A stretch of 32,000 nt of DNA from NCBI RefSeq assembly GCF_000011325.1, contig NC_003450.3, positions 1,530,001-1,562,000 of the forward strand, read 5' to 3'. Under the pieces are notes generated by a model. It saw only the letters and a program-made list of their open reading frames with translations. It made no database searches and was not told the DNA's origin. A program made the translations under genes and the position numbers. This DNA comes from Corynebacterium glutamicum ATCC 13032 (GTDB lineage Bacteria; Actinomycetota; Actinomycetes; Mycobacteriales; Mycobacteriaceae). Below are positions 16,307 to 24,066 of this stretch, one piece after another; the first letter of the stretch is position 1; each line of letters begins with the position of its first letter.

Positions 16307-17692
16307 GACCTCTCGGAGGTCGTGGTTTTTGTTTTCCTTCATCGTCAGCACCGCAACAAAGGTAATTGCGGTGACGATGATGAGGTAATAGCCGACGTAC
16401 GCCACTGAAAACTCGGACACCAGCCACGTTGCGATGAACGGTGCAATAGCTGCACCGAGGATCGAGGAGACATTGTAGGCGATTCCGGAGCCCGTGTAGC
16501 GGACGTTGGTGGGGAAGAGCTCCGGCAAAATTGCCGACATGGGTCCAAAGATCAGACCCATGATGCTCATGCCCACGAACAAGAAGATGAACACGGTGGT
16601 CTTGGTGGCGGTCTCTGGATCGAGAAGCAGATTAAACGTCAGACCAAAGCCGAGAAGCAGCACAGAAGCCAAGGTCAGGGTGTTTTTACGACCCCACACA
16701 TCAGCCAACCAGCCTGACACAGGGATCATGATGGCGAAGAACACGATGGTGGCCAGCTGCAACTGCAAGAACTCAAAGTACGGAATAGACAGGCCGTTTC
16801 CGGTGCTGCGATTACCGATGCCATACGACAGAATCCACGTGGTAACCAGGTAGAACAAGGTATAAGTGGACAGCATGATCAAAGTAGCCTGCACAACAGG
16901 GCCAGGGGAAGTCTTGAACAGCTCCTTGAGCGGAGACTTCACCTTCTTGCCCTGATCAACAGCCTGCTTGAACACTGGAGTTTCCTCCAGTGAGAAACGC
17001 ACCCACAGGCCAACTGCGATCATGATCGCCGAAGACAGGAATGGCAGACGCCAACCCCAGGTCATGAACGCGCCGTGAAGATCGCCGTCCTGATGGGCAA
17101 GCACACCGACCAGAATGAGCATGAAACCATTGGCCAAGAAGAAACCAAACGGTGCACCCAGCTGTGGCCACATTGCAGCACGAGCGCGGTGAGTGTTTTC
17201 CGCGTTTTCACCAGCCAGCAACGCAGCGCCAGACCATTCACCGCCAAGGCCCAGGCCCTGGCAGAAACGCATGAGCGCCAACAGCGCCGGTGCAATGATT
17301 CCGACCTGACCATAAGTAGGCAGCAGGCCGATCAAGATGGTGGCAATGCCCATGGTCAGCAGTGAACCGATCAAGGTAGCTTTGCGTCCCACACGGTCAC
17401 CGAAGTGCCCGAAAATGATTGAACCGAGTGGACGAGCAACGAACGCAAGACCAAAGGTGGCAAACGATGCCAACAGGTTCACGGTTGGGTTGTCATTGGC
17501 AGGGAAAAACAGACTTGGGAAAACAACGACAGCTGCCGCAGCGTACGCATAAAAATCGTAGAACTCGATGGTTGTGCCGATGGTGGAGGCTGCTGCAACC
17601 CGACGTTTAGTTTTCTTGTCAATCACTAGGGTTGCCGTCTGCCCACCTGGATCAGAAGGATTCAACTCCGTGGAGTGATCAGTTGTGGTCAC
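16304..17692 (-). CDS. MFS transporter, metabolite:H+ symporter (MHS; ProP/KgtP-like) family
   Basis: 462 aa with a GTG start and 12 predicted helices. MHS-typical blocks are TIEFYDFYAYAAAA and GHFGDRVGRK. Confidence 0.85.
   Translation of the reverse strand: MTTTDHSTELNPSDPGGQTATLVIDKKTKRRVAAASTIGTTIEFYDFYAYAAAAVVVFPSLFFPANDNPTVNLLASFATFGLAFVARPLGSIIFGHFGDRVGRKATLIGSLLTMGIATILIGLLPTYGQVGIIAPALLALMRFCQGLGLGGEWSGAALLAGENAENTHRARAAMWPQLGAPFGFFLANGFMLILVGVLAHQDGDLHGAFMTWGWRLPFLSSAIMIAVGLWVRFSLEETPVFKQAVDQGKKVKSPLKELFKTSPGPVVQATLIMLSTYTLFYLVTTWILSYGIGNRSTGNGLSIPYFEFLQLQLATIVFFAIMIPVSGWLADVWGRKNTLTLASVLLLGFGLTFNLLLDPETATKTTVFIFLFVGMSIMGLIFGPMSAILPELFPTNVRYTGSGIAYNVSSILGAAIAPFIATWLVSEFSVAYVGYYLIIVTAITFVAVLTMKENKNHDLREV
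16307..16335 (+). terminator. Possible short terminator for ufaA, embedded in the 3' end of the convergent MFS gene
   Basis: GACCTC-tcg-GAGGTC (16307-16321) is followed by GTGGTTTTTGTTTT. The stem is short (6 bp), so this is tentative. Confidence 0.35.
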
Positions 17693-17911
17693 GAGTTATC
17701 GCCTCACACAATAATAGATTCCAATAATTACCCTTGCGATGTTTCCACAGGAGATTATTAGAGTCAATCCCATACAATGAGATGTTAGGCGCTATGGTTT
17801 CATATATTGAGATTTTGGGAGGGGAGTCTGTGATGGAGCTTGGAACAGTTGTCTTTGTTGGATGATCGCGGGAAAAGTATGGGTAGATCTTTGGAATTTT
17901 TGGTAGAAATT

Positions 17912-17950
17912 GGAAAAAGTGCTGCTCACAGGATTTGCGAGCAGCACTTT
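17912..17950 (-). terminator. Intrinsic terminator downstream of gpt
   Basis: A 12-bp stem AAAGTGCTGCTC (17916-17927) / GAGCAGCACTTT (17939-17950) has a minus-strand U-tract from the plus-strand A-run at 17914-17918. Confidence 0.8.
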
Positions 17951-17963
17951 CACGGGTGAAAAA

Positions 17964-18440
17964 TTACTTAGAAGGCTCCACTGGAGGCAGGGTAGACCAT
18001 GGGAAGTTAATCCACTTATCAGTCTCACGCCACACATACTCCGGCTTAAACACACTGTTTGGCTTGTGATAGATCACTGCAGTGCGCACTTCGACAACTT
18101 GGTCACCCAGGAAGTCCCTGACCAACTCAAGAGTCTTTCCGGTATCCGCGACATCGTCAGCGACGAGCACACGCATTCCCGAGAGATCAACAGCTTTTGG
18201 AGTTGGAGGCAGCATCATTGGCTCCTCCAAGTGCTCTCCAATATCGGTGTAGAACTCCACATTGATCACCGATACATTCTTGATACCCAGCGCATAACCA
18301 AGTGCGCCACCGATTAGAAGACCACCACGCGCAATGGACAGCACGCAATCTGGCTGGTAGTCATCAATAATTTCTTGGGCCAGCTCCCGCATTGCTGTTC
18401 CGAACATCTCATAGGTCAGAATCTCGCGTTCCTCTGTCAT
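17964..18440 (-). CDS. gpt: Purine (xanthine-guanine type) phosphoribosyltransferase
   Basis: 158 aa with the PRPP-binding motif VLVADDVADTGKTL. The N-terminal part resembles small Gpt-like PRTases. Confidence 0.85.
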   Translation of the reverse strand: MTEEREILTYEMFGTAMRELAQEIIDDYQPDCVLSIARGGLLIGGALGYALGIKNVSVINVEFYTDIGEHLEEPMMLPPTPKAVDLSGMRVLVADDVADTGKTLELVRDFLGDQVVEVRTAVIYHKPNSVFKPEYVWRETDKWINFPWSTLPPVEPSK

Positions 18441-18496
18441 GTCTACATATCCTAGTCAATGATGCTTCAACGTTCTGCAATGAGATGAATGCTCAC

Positions 18497-18524
18497 TTGA
18501 TTTCTAGGGAAGTATATATAGAAT
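18497..18524 (+). promoter_or_regulatory. Candidate sigma-A type promoter for the riboswitch-mntP transcript
   Basis: TTGATT (18497-18502), a 16-nt spacer, then TAGAAT (18519-18524). It lies about 45 nt upstream of the riboswitch P1 stem. Sequence match only. Confidence 0.35.
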
Positions 18525-18567
18525 CGTTAACGCCCAAGCAACGAAAAACTTGGCGCAACCACTTCCA

Positions 18568-18724
18568 TTTCGAAGGGGAGTAGTTCCACACAAAGGCGAT
18601 CTGACTCGTTTTTGTTTGAGGTATGTTCGACATACTGGAGCAAGTTCACCTTGCACCCGGCATACCACCTGAACAAGGCCTTAAAAAGGGGCTTTATCGG
18701 TTCAGGCGAGCGAGACCTTCGGCG
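18568..18724 (+). promoter_or_regulatory. yybP-ykoY (Mn2+-sensing) riboswitch
   Basis: The 5' conserved block is CGAAGGGGAGTAG (18571-18583) and the 3' block is GCGAGCGAGACCTTCG (18706-18721). P1 pairs CGAAGG (18571-18576) with CCTTCG (18716-18721). It sits directly upstream of an MntP-family Mn exporter, the classic genomic context. Confidence 0.85.
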
Positions 18725-18752
18725 TTCACACTTCGCCGGGGTCTATTTTTTA
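18714..18752 (+). terminator. Riboswitch expression-platform terminator (competes with P1)
   Basis: GACCTTCGGCG (18714-18724) pairs with CGCCGGGGTC (18734-18743), with one bulge and two G-U pairs, and is followed by TATTTTTT. The 5' arm reuses the P1 3' strand, consistent with an Mn-ON antitermination switch. Confidence 0.75.
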
Positions 18753-18779
18753 TGCCCAGGCACGGCTCATAGGAGAACC

Positions 18780-19352
18780 ATGCCCTTTCTACAAATCTCT
18801 CTGCTTTCCATCGGTGTCGCCGCCGATGCGTTTGCTTGTTCCGTTGTCCGCGGCACCGCCATTCAAGTCAACCTTTTCAAACGCGCACTTGTTCTCGCGG
18901 GCATCTTTGGTGTCTTCCAAGCGGCAATGCCTTTAATCGGCTGGTTCATTGGCCGTTTCTTTGCTGGAATCACCTTCATCGCTGAAATTGATCACTGGAT
19001 CGCTTTTGCACTATTGGGTATTGTCGGCACCAAAATGATCTGGGATGCCTTCCAACCTGAAGATGATGAAACCATTGTCGATGACGGCCGCGTTCAATTT
19101 AGACCAGCAATTATCCTGGGGCTAGCCACCAGCATTGACGCATTAGCCGTAGGCATGGGCCTGGCATTCGTGGAAGTTTCCATCCTCAAAGTGGCACTGT
19201 CCATGGGCAGCATCACCTTCGCACTTTCGCTTGCTGGCGCCTGGATCGGACACCATGGTGGAGGAAAGTTTGGCAAGTGGGCTACGATTCTTGGCGGAAT
19301 AATCTTGATCGGAATCGGCGCAAACATCGTCTACGAACACCTCAGCGCGTAA
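18780..19352 (+). CDS. mntP: MntP-family manganese efflux pump
   Basis: The track ORF (246 aa from 18612) runs through the riboswitch. The ATG at 18780 is preceded by AGGAGA and gives 190 aa starting MPFLQISLLSIGVAADAFACSV, matching the MntP N-terminal ..G.S.DAFA.S motif. A second half-repeat is SIDALAVGM. Confidence 0.88.
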   Translation: MPFLQISLLSIGVAADAFACSVVRGTAIQVNLFKRALVLAGIFGVFQAAMPLIGWFIGRFFAGITFIAEIDHWIAFALLGIVGTKMIWDAFQPEDDETIVDDGRVQFRPAIILGLATSIDALAVGMGLAFVEVSILKVALSMGSITFALSLAGAWIGHHGGGKFGKWATILGGIILIGIGANIVYEHLSA

Positions 19353-19402
19353 CCCTCGGCGCATTATCCTCAGACAGCTTTTAGCGCAAACAAGGAGCAT
19401 CA

Positions 19403-20401
19403 TTGAAACGGGTCGTTGAAGCGTGGGATAGATTTCAAATCCCACTGTATATCACGGCTCTTATCGCCGGAGCACTGGTGGGTTTGCAGTGGCCAGGCTC
19501 TACAGGGGGTTTCGAAAGCGCCATTAACCCAGCGTTAATGGCGCTGCTTTATGCCACTTTTCTCGGTATTCCGATCACTCGGATTGGTGCAGCGCTGAAA
19601 GATCTGAGATTTCTCATAGTGCTCATGTCCGTCAATTTTGTTGCAGTGCCTCTGGTGGCTTTTGCGTTGAGCAGATTCATTGCGGGTGATGAGGCGCTTC
19701 TAATCGGATTTTTACTGGTGATTCTCGCGCCGTGCATTGATTACGTCATTGTCTTTGCTGGTTTGGCCAGGGCCGCCCAAGACAAGCTCCTTGCCGCCAC
19801 GCCAATATTAATGCTTGTCCAAATCCTGCTGATCCCCGTCTTCCTGGCTGTTTTTGTGGGTTCAGATGCCCTTGGCTCAATCTCTTTCGGCCCATTTGTA
19901 GAAGCATTTTTCCTCCTGATTCTCATTCCACTTGTTGCTGCTGCGGGAACTCAGCAAGTGGCAAGAAAGTGGCAGGTAGGACGTACAATTATGGCTGCTG
20001 CAGAAGCAATCATGGTGCCTTTAATGATGCTGACGTTGTTCGCTGTCATCGCATCGCAAGTGGAAGCTGTGAGTGGTCAATTCACCGATATCGCCACAGT
20101 AGTGCCACTATATGTCGCCTTTTTGATGGTGATGATTCCAATTGGTGGCGGGATATCCAAACTCGGTGGCTTAGGTTTCAAAGAGCAACGAGCCATCGTT
20201 TTTAGCGGAGCAACCCGTAACTCTTTGGTCGTTTTACCTTTAGCGTTAGCACTTCCCGCAGGCCTGGAAATAGCGGCCGTCGTAGTTGTCACTCAAACCC
20301 TCGTGGAACTGATTGGCATGGTTGTCTACGTGCGCATCATCCCTTTAATTTTCCATGAAAAGCAGACATACAGGAAACTTTCAGGCATAGGGGAGTCATG
20401 A
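19403..20401 (+). CDS. ACR3/BASS-superfamily (SBF-like) permease; substrate unknown
   Basis: 332 aa with a TTG start 6 nt after AAGGAG and about 9-10 helices. Its overall resemblance is to arsenical-resistance ACR3 / bile-acid:Na+ symporter-fold permeases (e.g. LVILAPCIDYVIVFAGLA). The family call is moderate. Confidence 0.6.
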   Translation: MKRVVEAWDRFQIPLYITALIAGALVGLQWPGSTGGFESAINPALMALLYATFLGIPITRIGAALKDLRFLIVLMSVNFVAVPLVAFALSRFIAGDEALLIGFLLVILAPCIDYVIVFAGLARAAQDKLLAATPILMLVQILLIPVFLAVFVGSDALGSISFGPFVEAFFLLILIPLVAAAGTQQVARKWQVGRTIMAAAEAIMVPLMMLTLFAVIASQVEAVSGQFTDIATVVPLYVAFLMVMIPIGGGISKLGGLGFKEQRAIVFSGATRNSLVVLPLALALPAGLEIAAVVVVTQTLVELIGMVVYVRIIPLIFHEKQTYRKLSGIGES

Positions 20402-20468
20402 AACAGAACGGCAAGCTAAGGTGACATAGTCACTTAAACTAAACAAGAAGGGTGGAGGACCCAAGCAC

Positions 20469-20954
20469 GTGAGTCTTTCAAACAAAGCTAAAGGAATCGT
20501 TGCAGTAATCATCGTCGCCTGGATCGTCGCGATGGCTGGCATGGTCGCATACGCGTCAAGCAATAATGCTGATAAGACATTTCCAACTGCAGGTGCGCTA
20601 GAACAAACCGTCGCAGCATTTGATAGGCAAGGCCTTCAGGTCTCTGCAGTCGCACTGGCAGACATCTACGGCGATGAATACGTCTCCGCGGCGATTCTGT
20701 GCGAAGGAACTCCAACCGCAACACTCGAGCAGTCACTGGGCGTAGACCTGTCTGAGCTGAACCTGGACGAGTCTGGTGTTCCTTCGGGCGTGTCCTACTT
20801 GGCTCTGTCCAATCAGGATGGGGAAGTTGTCTACGACAAGATTGATCGTGCCAACGTTGATCTCTGCGCAACGCCACTCAATGGTGCTTTCAGCGCTTAT
20901 TCATTGATGCCAGTTGCCAAGGTTGGCGAGAACTCCTGGGCGATCGCCGCTTAG
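20469..20954 (+). CDS. Hypothetical membrane-anchored/secreted protein
   Basis: 161 aa with a GTG start after GGTGGAGGA and one N-terminal helix (GIVAVIIVAWIVAMAGMVAYA). The rest is soluble and acidic, with two Cys. I recognise no family. Confidence 0.6.
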   Translation: MSLSNKAKGIVAVIIVAWIVAMAGMVAYASSNNADKTFPTAGALEQTVAAFDRQGLQVSAVALADIYGDEYVSAAILCEGTPTATLEQSLGVDLSELNLDESGVPSGVSYLALSNQDGEVVYDKIDRANVDLCATPLNGAFSAYSLMPVAKVGENSWAIAA

Positions 20955-20983
20955 GGTTTTAAGGGTCAATCCGCCACACATAT

Positions 20984-21024
20984 AGCCCGAGACGATAATG
21001 AACGTTATCCGATCGGGCTTTTTG
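20984..21024 (+). terminator. Intrinsic terminator after the 161-aa gene
   Basis: AGCCCGA (20984-20990) pairs with TCGGGCT (21013-21019), with an inner GATAA/TTATC pairing, and is followed by TTTTT. Confidence 0.65.
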
Positions 21025-21156
21025 CTGCCTATTTACGGGGAGAGTTTTGTCAATGTGACGTTAATGAGGTGAGTATGGATATGGGTTGAAAACAGGGAAA
21101 AACGGCTAAAAGTGCGAGAAATGGGCTATTCGAACAAAAACAGCGGTTTCACCAAG

Positions 21157-21275
21157 GTTTCGTCACATTCGCACATTCGTCACAAGGGCGGTTACGTCAC
21201 GGAGGTCAATTTGTCATAGGACTCGATTCGTCACAGCCGTCTTTACGTCACTGGAGCCATTACGTCACACCGGGA
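21157..21275 (+). repeat. Seven tandem 17-bp units with conserved core WTWCGTCAC and variable 7-nt spacers (iteron-like array)
   Basis: CGTCAC (TGTCAT in unit 4) begins at 21161, 21178, 21195, 21212, 21229, 21246 and 21263, which is exact 17-bp phasing. Confidence 0.9.
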
Positions 21276-21507
21276 CCTCAAATTCGCTCAAACGATATTC
21301 CGCACCCGGCAACTGTCGGTCGGGTGGCGCCACAAGAGTTGCCTCGCGAAGAATCTAAAAAGCTCTGCCACAAAATTTGGAAGCAACGATTCCTGCCGGA
21401 GGAAAATTCTCAAGCGGCGGACAAGGTGCAGAGCGCAATGATGCGTAGAAATTTTCCATGCAGAGGAAAGCCGATAATGGGGCAGAACCCCTTCCCGCCA
21501 AAATGAC

Positions 21508-21521
21508 ATAATGTACATTAT
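21508..21521. promoter_or_regulatory. Perfect 14-bp palindrome ATAATGTACATTAT, a candidate operator/promoter element upstream of the AlkD-like gene
   Basis: The sequence is its own reverse complement and ends 23 nt before the ATG at 21545. Function is inferred only. Confidence 0.3.
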
Positions 21522-21544
21522 CGGACAATTATCCATATCTGGCC

Positions 21545-22240
21545 ATGTCGCAGGCCGCTGGTAAGTTTAAGCCCATGACTTCAACGCTCGCCGAATCAAC
21601 ACTTACATCCCTTAAAGAACTTGAGGATCCAAAGATCCTTTCCGTCAATGAACGCCACGGCGATGATCACGCAGTGAACCTCACCAAGCTTCGCGCCGTT
21701 GCCAAAGAGCTGAAAAAGAACCAGCCGCTGGCTCGTGAGCTTTGGGCAACCGACGATACAGCCGCACGTTTGGTGGCGTTGCTTATTTGCCGACCCAAGG
21801 AATTTGATCAGTCTGAACTCGACTCGATGATCCATGAGGCTCGCACGCCGAAGGTTCTTGATTGGTTGATCAATTATGTGGTCAAGAAGAATCCTCATTG
21901 GAACGATCTCCGTGTGCTCTGGCTTGAAGATCCCGCCGAGAATGTTGCGGCCGCCGGCTGGGCTCTCAACACTCATGCCGTTATCACAAAGCCGGACGCA
22001 TTGGACGATTCCGAAATCCTTGACACCATTGAAGCTCAGATGAAAACTGCCGAGCCTCGCGTACAGTGGTCAATGAATGAATGTTTGGCGCAAATCGGCA
22101 TCCATCGTCCAGAGCTTCGTGATCGTGCCATTGCCATTGGTGAGCGCCTGGAAGTTCTCAAAGATTATCCGACCCCTCCAAATTGCACCTCGCCTTTTGC
22201 TCCGATTTGGATCGAAGAGATGGTTCGCAGGAAAAAATAA
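21545..22240 (+). CDS. DNA alkylation repair protein-like (AlkD/AlkC-type HEAT-like repeat protein)
   Basis: 231 aa, all-helical. Length and pattern (..LRAVAKELKKNQPLARELWATDDTAARLVALLI... VLDWLINYVV...) fit my recollection of the ~230-aa DNA alkylation repair enzyme family. An alternative start is at M11 (21575). Confidence 0.5.
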   Translation: MSQAAGKFKPMTSTLAESTLTSLKELEDPKILSVNERHGDDHAVNLTKLRAVAKELKKNQPLARELWATDDTAARLVALLICRPKEFDQSELDSMIHEARTPKVLDWLINYVVKKNPHWNDLRVLWLEDPAENVAAAGWALNTHAVITKPDALDDSEILDTIEAQMKTAEPRVQWSMNECLAQIGIHRPELRDRAIAIGERLEVLKDYPTPPNCTSPFAPIWIEEMVRRKK

Positions 22241-22397
22241 CCGACCTGTTCCCTATCTTTATTTCGTCACTCTGACATTAAACCTGATAATTTGTGACCC
22301 ACCAAAACACCAGCTACCCTTATGTTTTCCCCCGCCTAAGGACCGCCTTGTTCCAAGTCGCCTGAAAGGCGCCAGCAAAGCTTTCGCGCTTGGTGGC

Positions 22398-22426
22398 TAG
22401 GCGCGTCGACAAGCGCCTAAATTTTT
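22398..22426 (+). terminator. Possible terminator downstream of the AlkD-like gene
   Basis: TAGGCGC (22398-22404) pairs with GCGCCTA (22413-22419), followed by AATTTTT. It lies about 160 nt after the stop codon, so the assignment is tentative. Confidence 0.4.
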
Positions 22427-22457
22427 CTAGACTACCCAGATTAAGTGAGATTCTTTC

Positions 22458-23975
22458 GTGTCTTCGACAACTTCGACAACTTCGGCCACCCGACAAGAGC
22501 CGTTGAGCCCGACGGGTGTGCTTGCCTCGTTTAGGTTCGCGTTTAGTAGCCCGCGGAGGTTTCGCACCGAGGTTTTAGCTGGCCTCGTGGTGGCGCTCGC
22601 GCTGATTCCGGAGTCGATTGCGTTTTCCGTATTAGCTGGCGTGGATCCTAAGATGGGTCTTTTTGCGTCGTGCACCATGGCAATGACCATTGCGCTTACA
22701 GGTGGACGCCCTGCGATGATTTCCGCGGCGACAGGCGCTGTGGCGCTGGTGATTGCACCGGTGGTTCGGGATCATGGCGTGGAATATTTCCTGGCCACGG
22801 TAATTTTGGCGGGCATTATTCAGATTGCGTTGTCGTTGCTGGGTGTAGCCAAGCTGATGCGGTTCATTCCGCGTTCCGTTATGCTCGGATTTGTTAATGC
22901 GCTGGCGTGCTTGGTGTTTTTTGCGCAGCTGCCGCACCTGATCGATGTTCCGTGGATGGTGTATCCGCTGTTCGCGCTGGGTATTGGCATCATGCTGTTT
23001 TGGCCGAAGCTGACCTCGGTGATTCCGGCTCCGCTGATTGTTATCGTGGCCTTGACTGCGATCGTGTGGGTTTTCGGAATCAACATTCCAAACGTCTCTG
23101 ACCAGGGCGAACTCCCCTCTTCCCTACCAGAATTCCTCATTCCCAACGTTCCGCTTACTCTTGAGACTCTAAAAATTATTGGGCCGTATGCGCTTGGAAT
23201 GTCGCTTGTTGGGTTGATGGAATCGCTGCTGACCGCCAAGCTGGTCGATGATATTACGGAGGTTCACTCCAATAAATCCCGCGAAGCTGCAGGTCAGGGC
23301 ATCGCAAACATTATCACCGCGTTTTTGGGCGGCATGGGTGGCTGCGCGATGATCGGCCAGACCATGATCAACGTGAAAAACTCAGGAGCCCGCACTCGCC
23401 TATCCACCTTCTTGGCCGGCGGCTTCCTGCTGCTCCTGGTGGTTTTGCTGGGCGATGTCGTGGGCAAAATCCCCATGGCGGCGCTCGTGGCAGTCATGAT
23501 TATCGTCTCCATCGACACCGCCGACTGGCATTCGCTGAACCCGCGCACCCTCAAATTCATGCCGCTGAGTGAAACGATCGTCATGTTTATAACGATCATC
23601 GCGACCCTCGTCACCGGAAACCTGGCGATCGGCGTCATCCTCGGAGTGCTCACCGCCATGGTCATGTTTGCTCGCCGCGTGGCCCACCTCGTGTCTGTGG
23701 AGCGCACCACCGACAACAACATCAGCACCTATACCGTCAAGGGCCAGCTATTTTGGGCGTCCTCGAACGATATGGTGTACTCCTTCGACTACTCCGACGA
23801 GGCCGAGCAGATCATCATCGATCTCACCGCCGCAGAAATCTGGGACGCCTCCACGGTAGCCACGCTGGACAGCATCATCCACAAATACGCCGCGCGCGGC
23901 AAGAGCGTGGAGATCATCGGGCTCGACGGCCCCAGCCGCGATAGGCTTGAGCGCCTATCAGGCAAGCTGGGCTAA
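22458..23975 (+). CDS. SulP-family anion transporter with C-terminal STAS domain
   Basis: 505 aa with the SulP N-terminal pattern LAGLVVALALIPESIAFSVLAGVDPKMGLFAS and many helices. The STAS-like tail is YTVKGQLFWASSNDMV...IIIDLTAAEIWDASTVATLDSII. The stop codon TAA is the first 3 nt of repeat copy C. Confidence 0.88.
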   Translation: MSSTTSTTSATRQEPLSPTGVLASFRFAFSSPRRFRTEVLAGLVVALALIPESIAFSVLAGVDPKMGLFASCTMAMTIALTGGRPAMISAATGAVALVIAPVVRDHGVEYFLATVILAGIIQIALSLLGVAKLMRFIPRSVMLGFVNALACLVFFAQLPHLIDVPWMVYPLFALGIGIMLFWPKLTSVIPAPLIVIVALTAIVWVFGINIPNVSDQGELPSSLPEFLIPNVPLTLETLKIIGPYALGMSLVGLMESLLTAKLVDDITEVHSNKSREAAGQGIANIITAFLGGMGGCAMIGQTMINVKNSGARTRLSTFLAGGFLLLLVVLLGDVVGKIPMAALVAVMIIVSIDTADWHSLNPRTLKFMPLSETIVMFITIIATLVTGNLAIGVILGVLTAMVMFARRVAHLVSVERTTDNNISTYTVKGQLFWASSNDMVYSFDYSDEAEQIIIDLTAAEIWDASTVATLDSIIHKYAARGKSVEIIGLDGPSRDRLERLSGKLG

Positions 23976-23993
23976 AAATTTGCTTATCGACGC
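23973..23993 (+). repeat. Copy C (diverged) of the stop-codon-anchored repeat
   Basis: TAAAAATTTGCTTATCGACGC is 3 nt shorter than copies A/B in the A/T tract and shares the 15-nt core TTTGCTTATCGACGC. Weaker similarity to copy A continues to about 24020. Confidence 0.75.
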
Positions 23994-24066
23994 GCCCCTC
24001 CACCTGCGCAATCCTTAGTTGCAGGGAAATTTCTCACCTTGCCAAAGGAGGCCAGGTGAGATTCCC

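Noticed and set aside
18612-18779. 56-codon N-terminal extension of the mntP ORF
   Set aside because: It covers the yybP-ykoY riboswitch and its terminator. MntP homology starts at the ATG at 18780, which has an AGGAGA RBS.
21130-21145. SOS (LexA) box upstream of the DNA-repair-like gene: TCGAACAAAAACAGCG
   Set aside because: Only the left half-site TCGAAC matches the actinobacterial TCGAAC-N4-GTTCGA pattern. The right half (ACAGCG) does not match.
21157-21275. The 17-bp array as a CRISPR array
   Set aside because: The units are 17 bp in total, with 9-10 nt conserved and only about 7 nt between cores. This is far below CRISPR repeat and spacer sizes. There is no repeat dyad symmetry, and no cas genes are present.
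21288-21536. ORFs 21288-21536 (-, 82 aa) and 21324-21506 (+, 60 aa) as real genes
   Set aside because: They are mutually antisense, have no convincing RBS, have odd composition and resemble no family. I kept them only as context for the gene-free gap finding.
22461-22483. Tandem CTTCGACAA x2.5 at the 5' end of the SulP gene as a notable repeat
   Set aside because: It is a short in-frame (9-nt) duplication encoding STTSTTS in a low-complexity N-terminus. This is most simply a trivial slippage product and shows no further structure.
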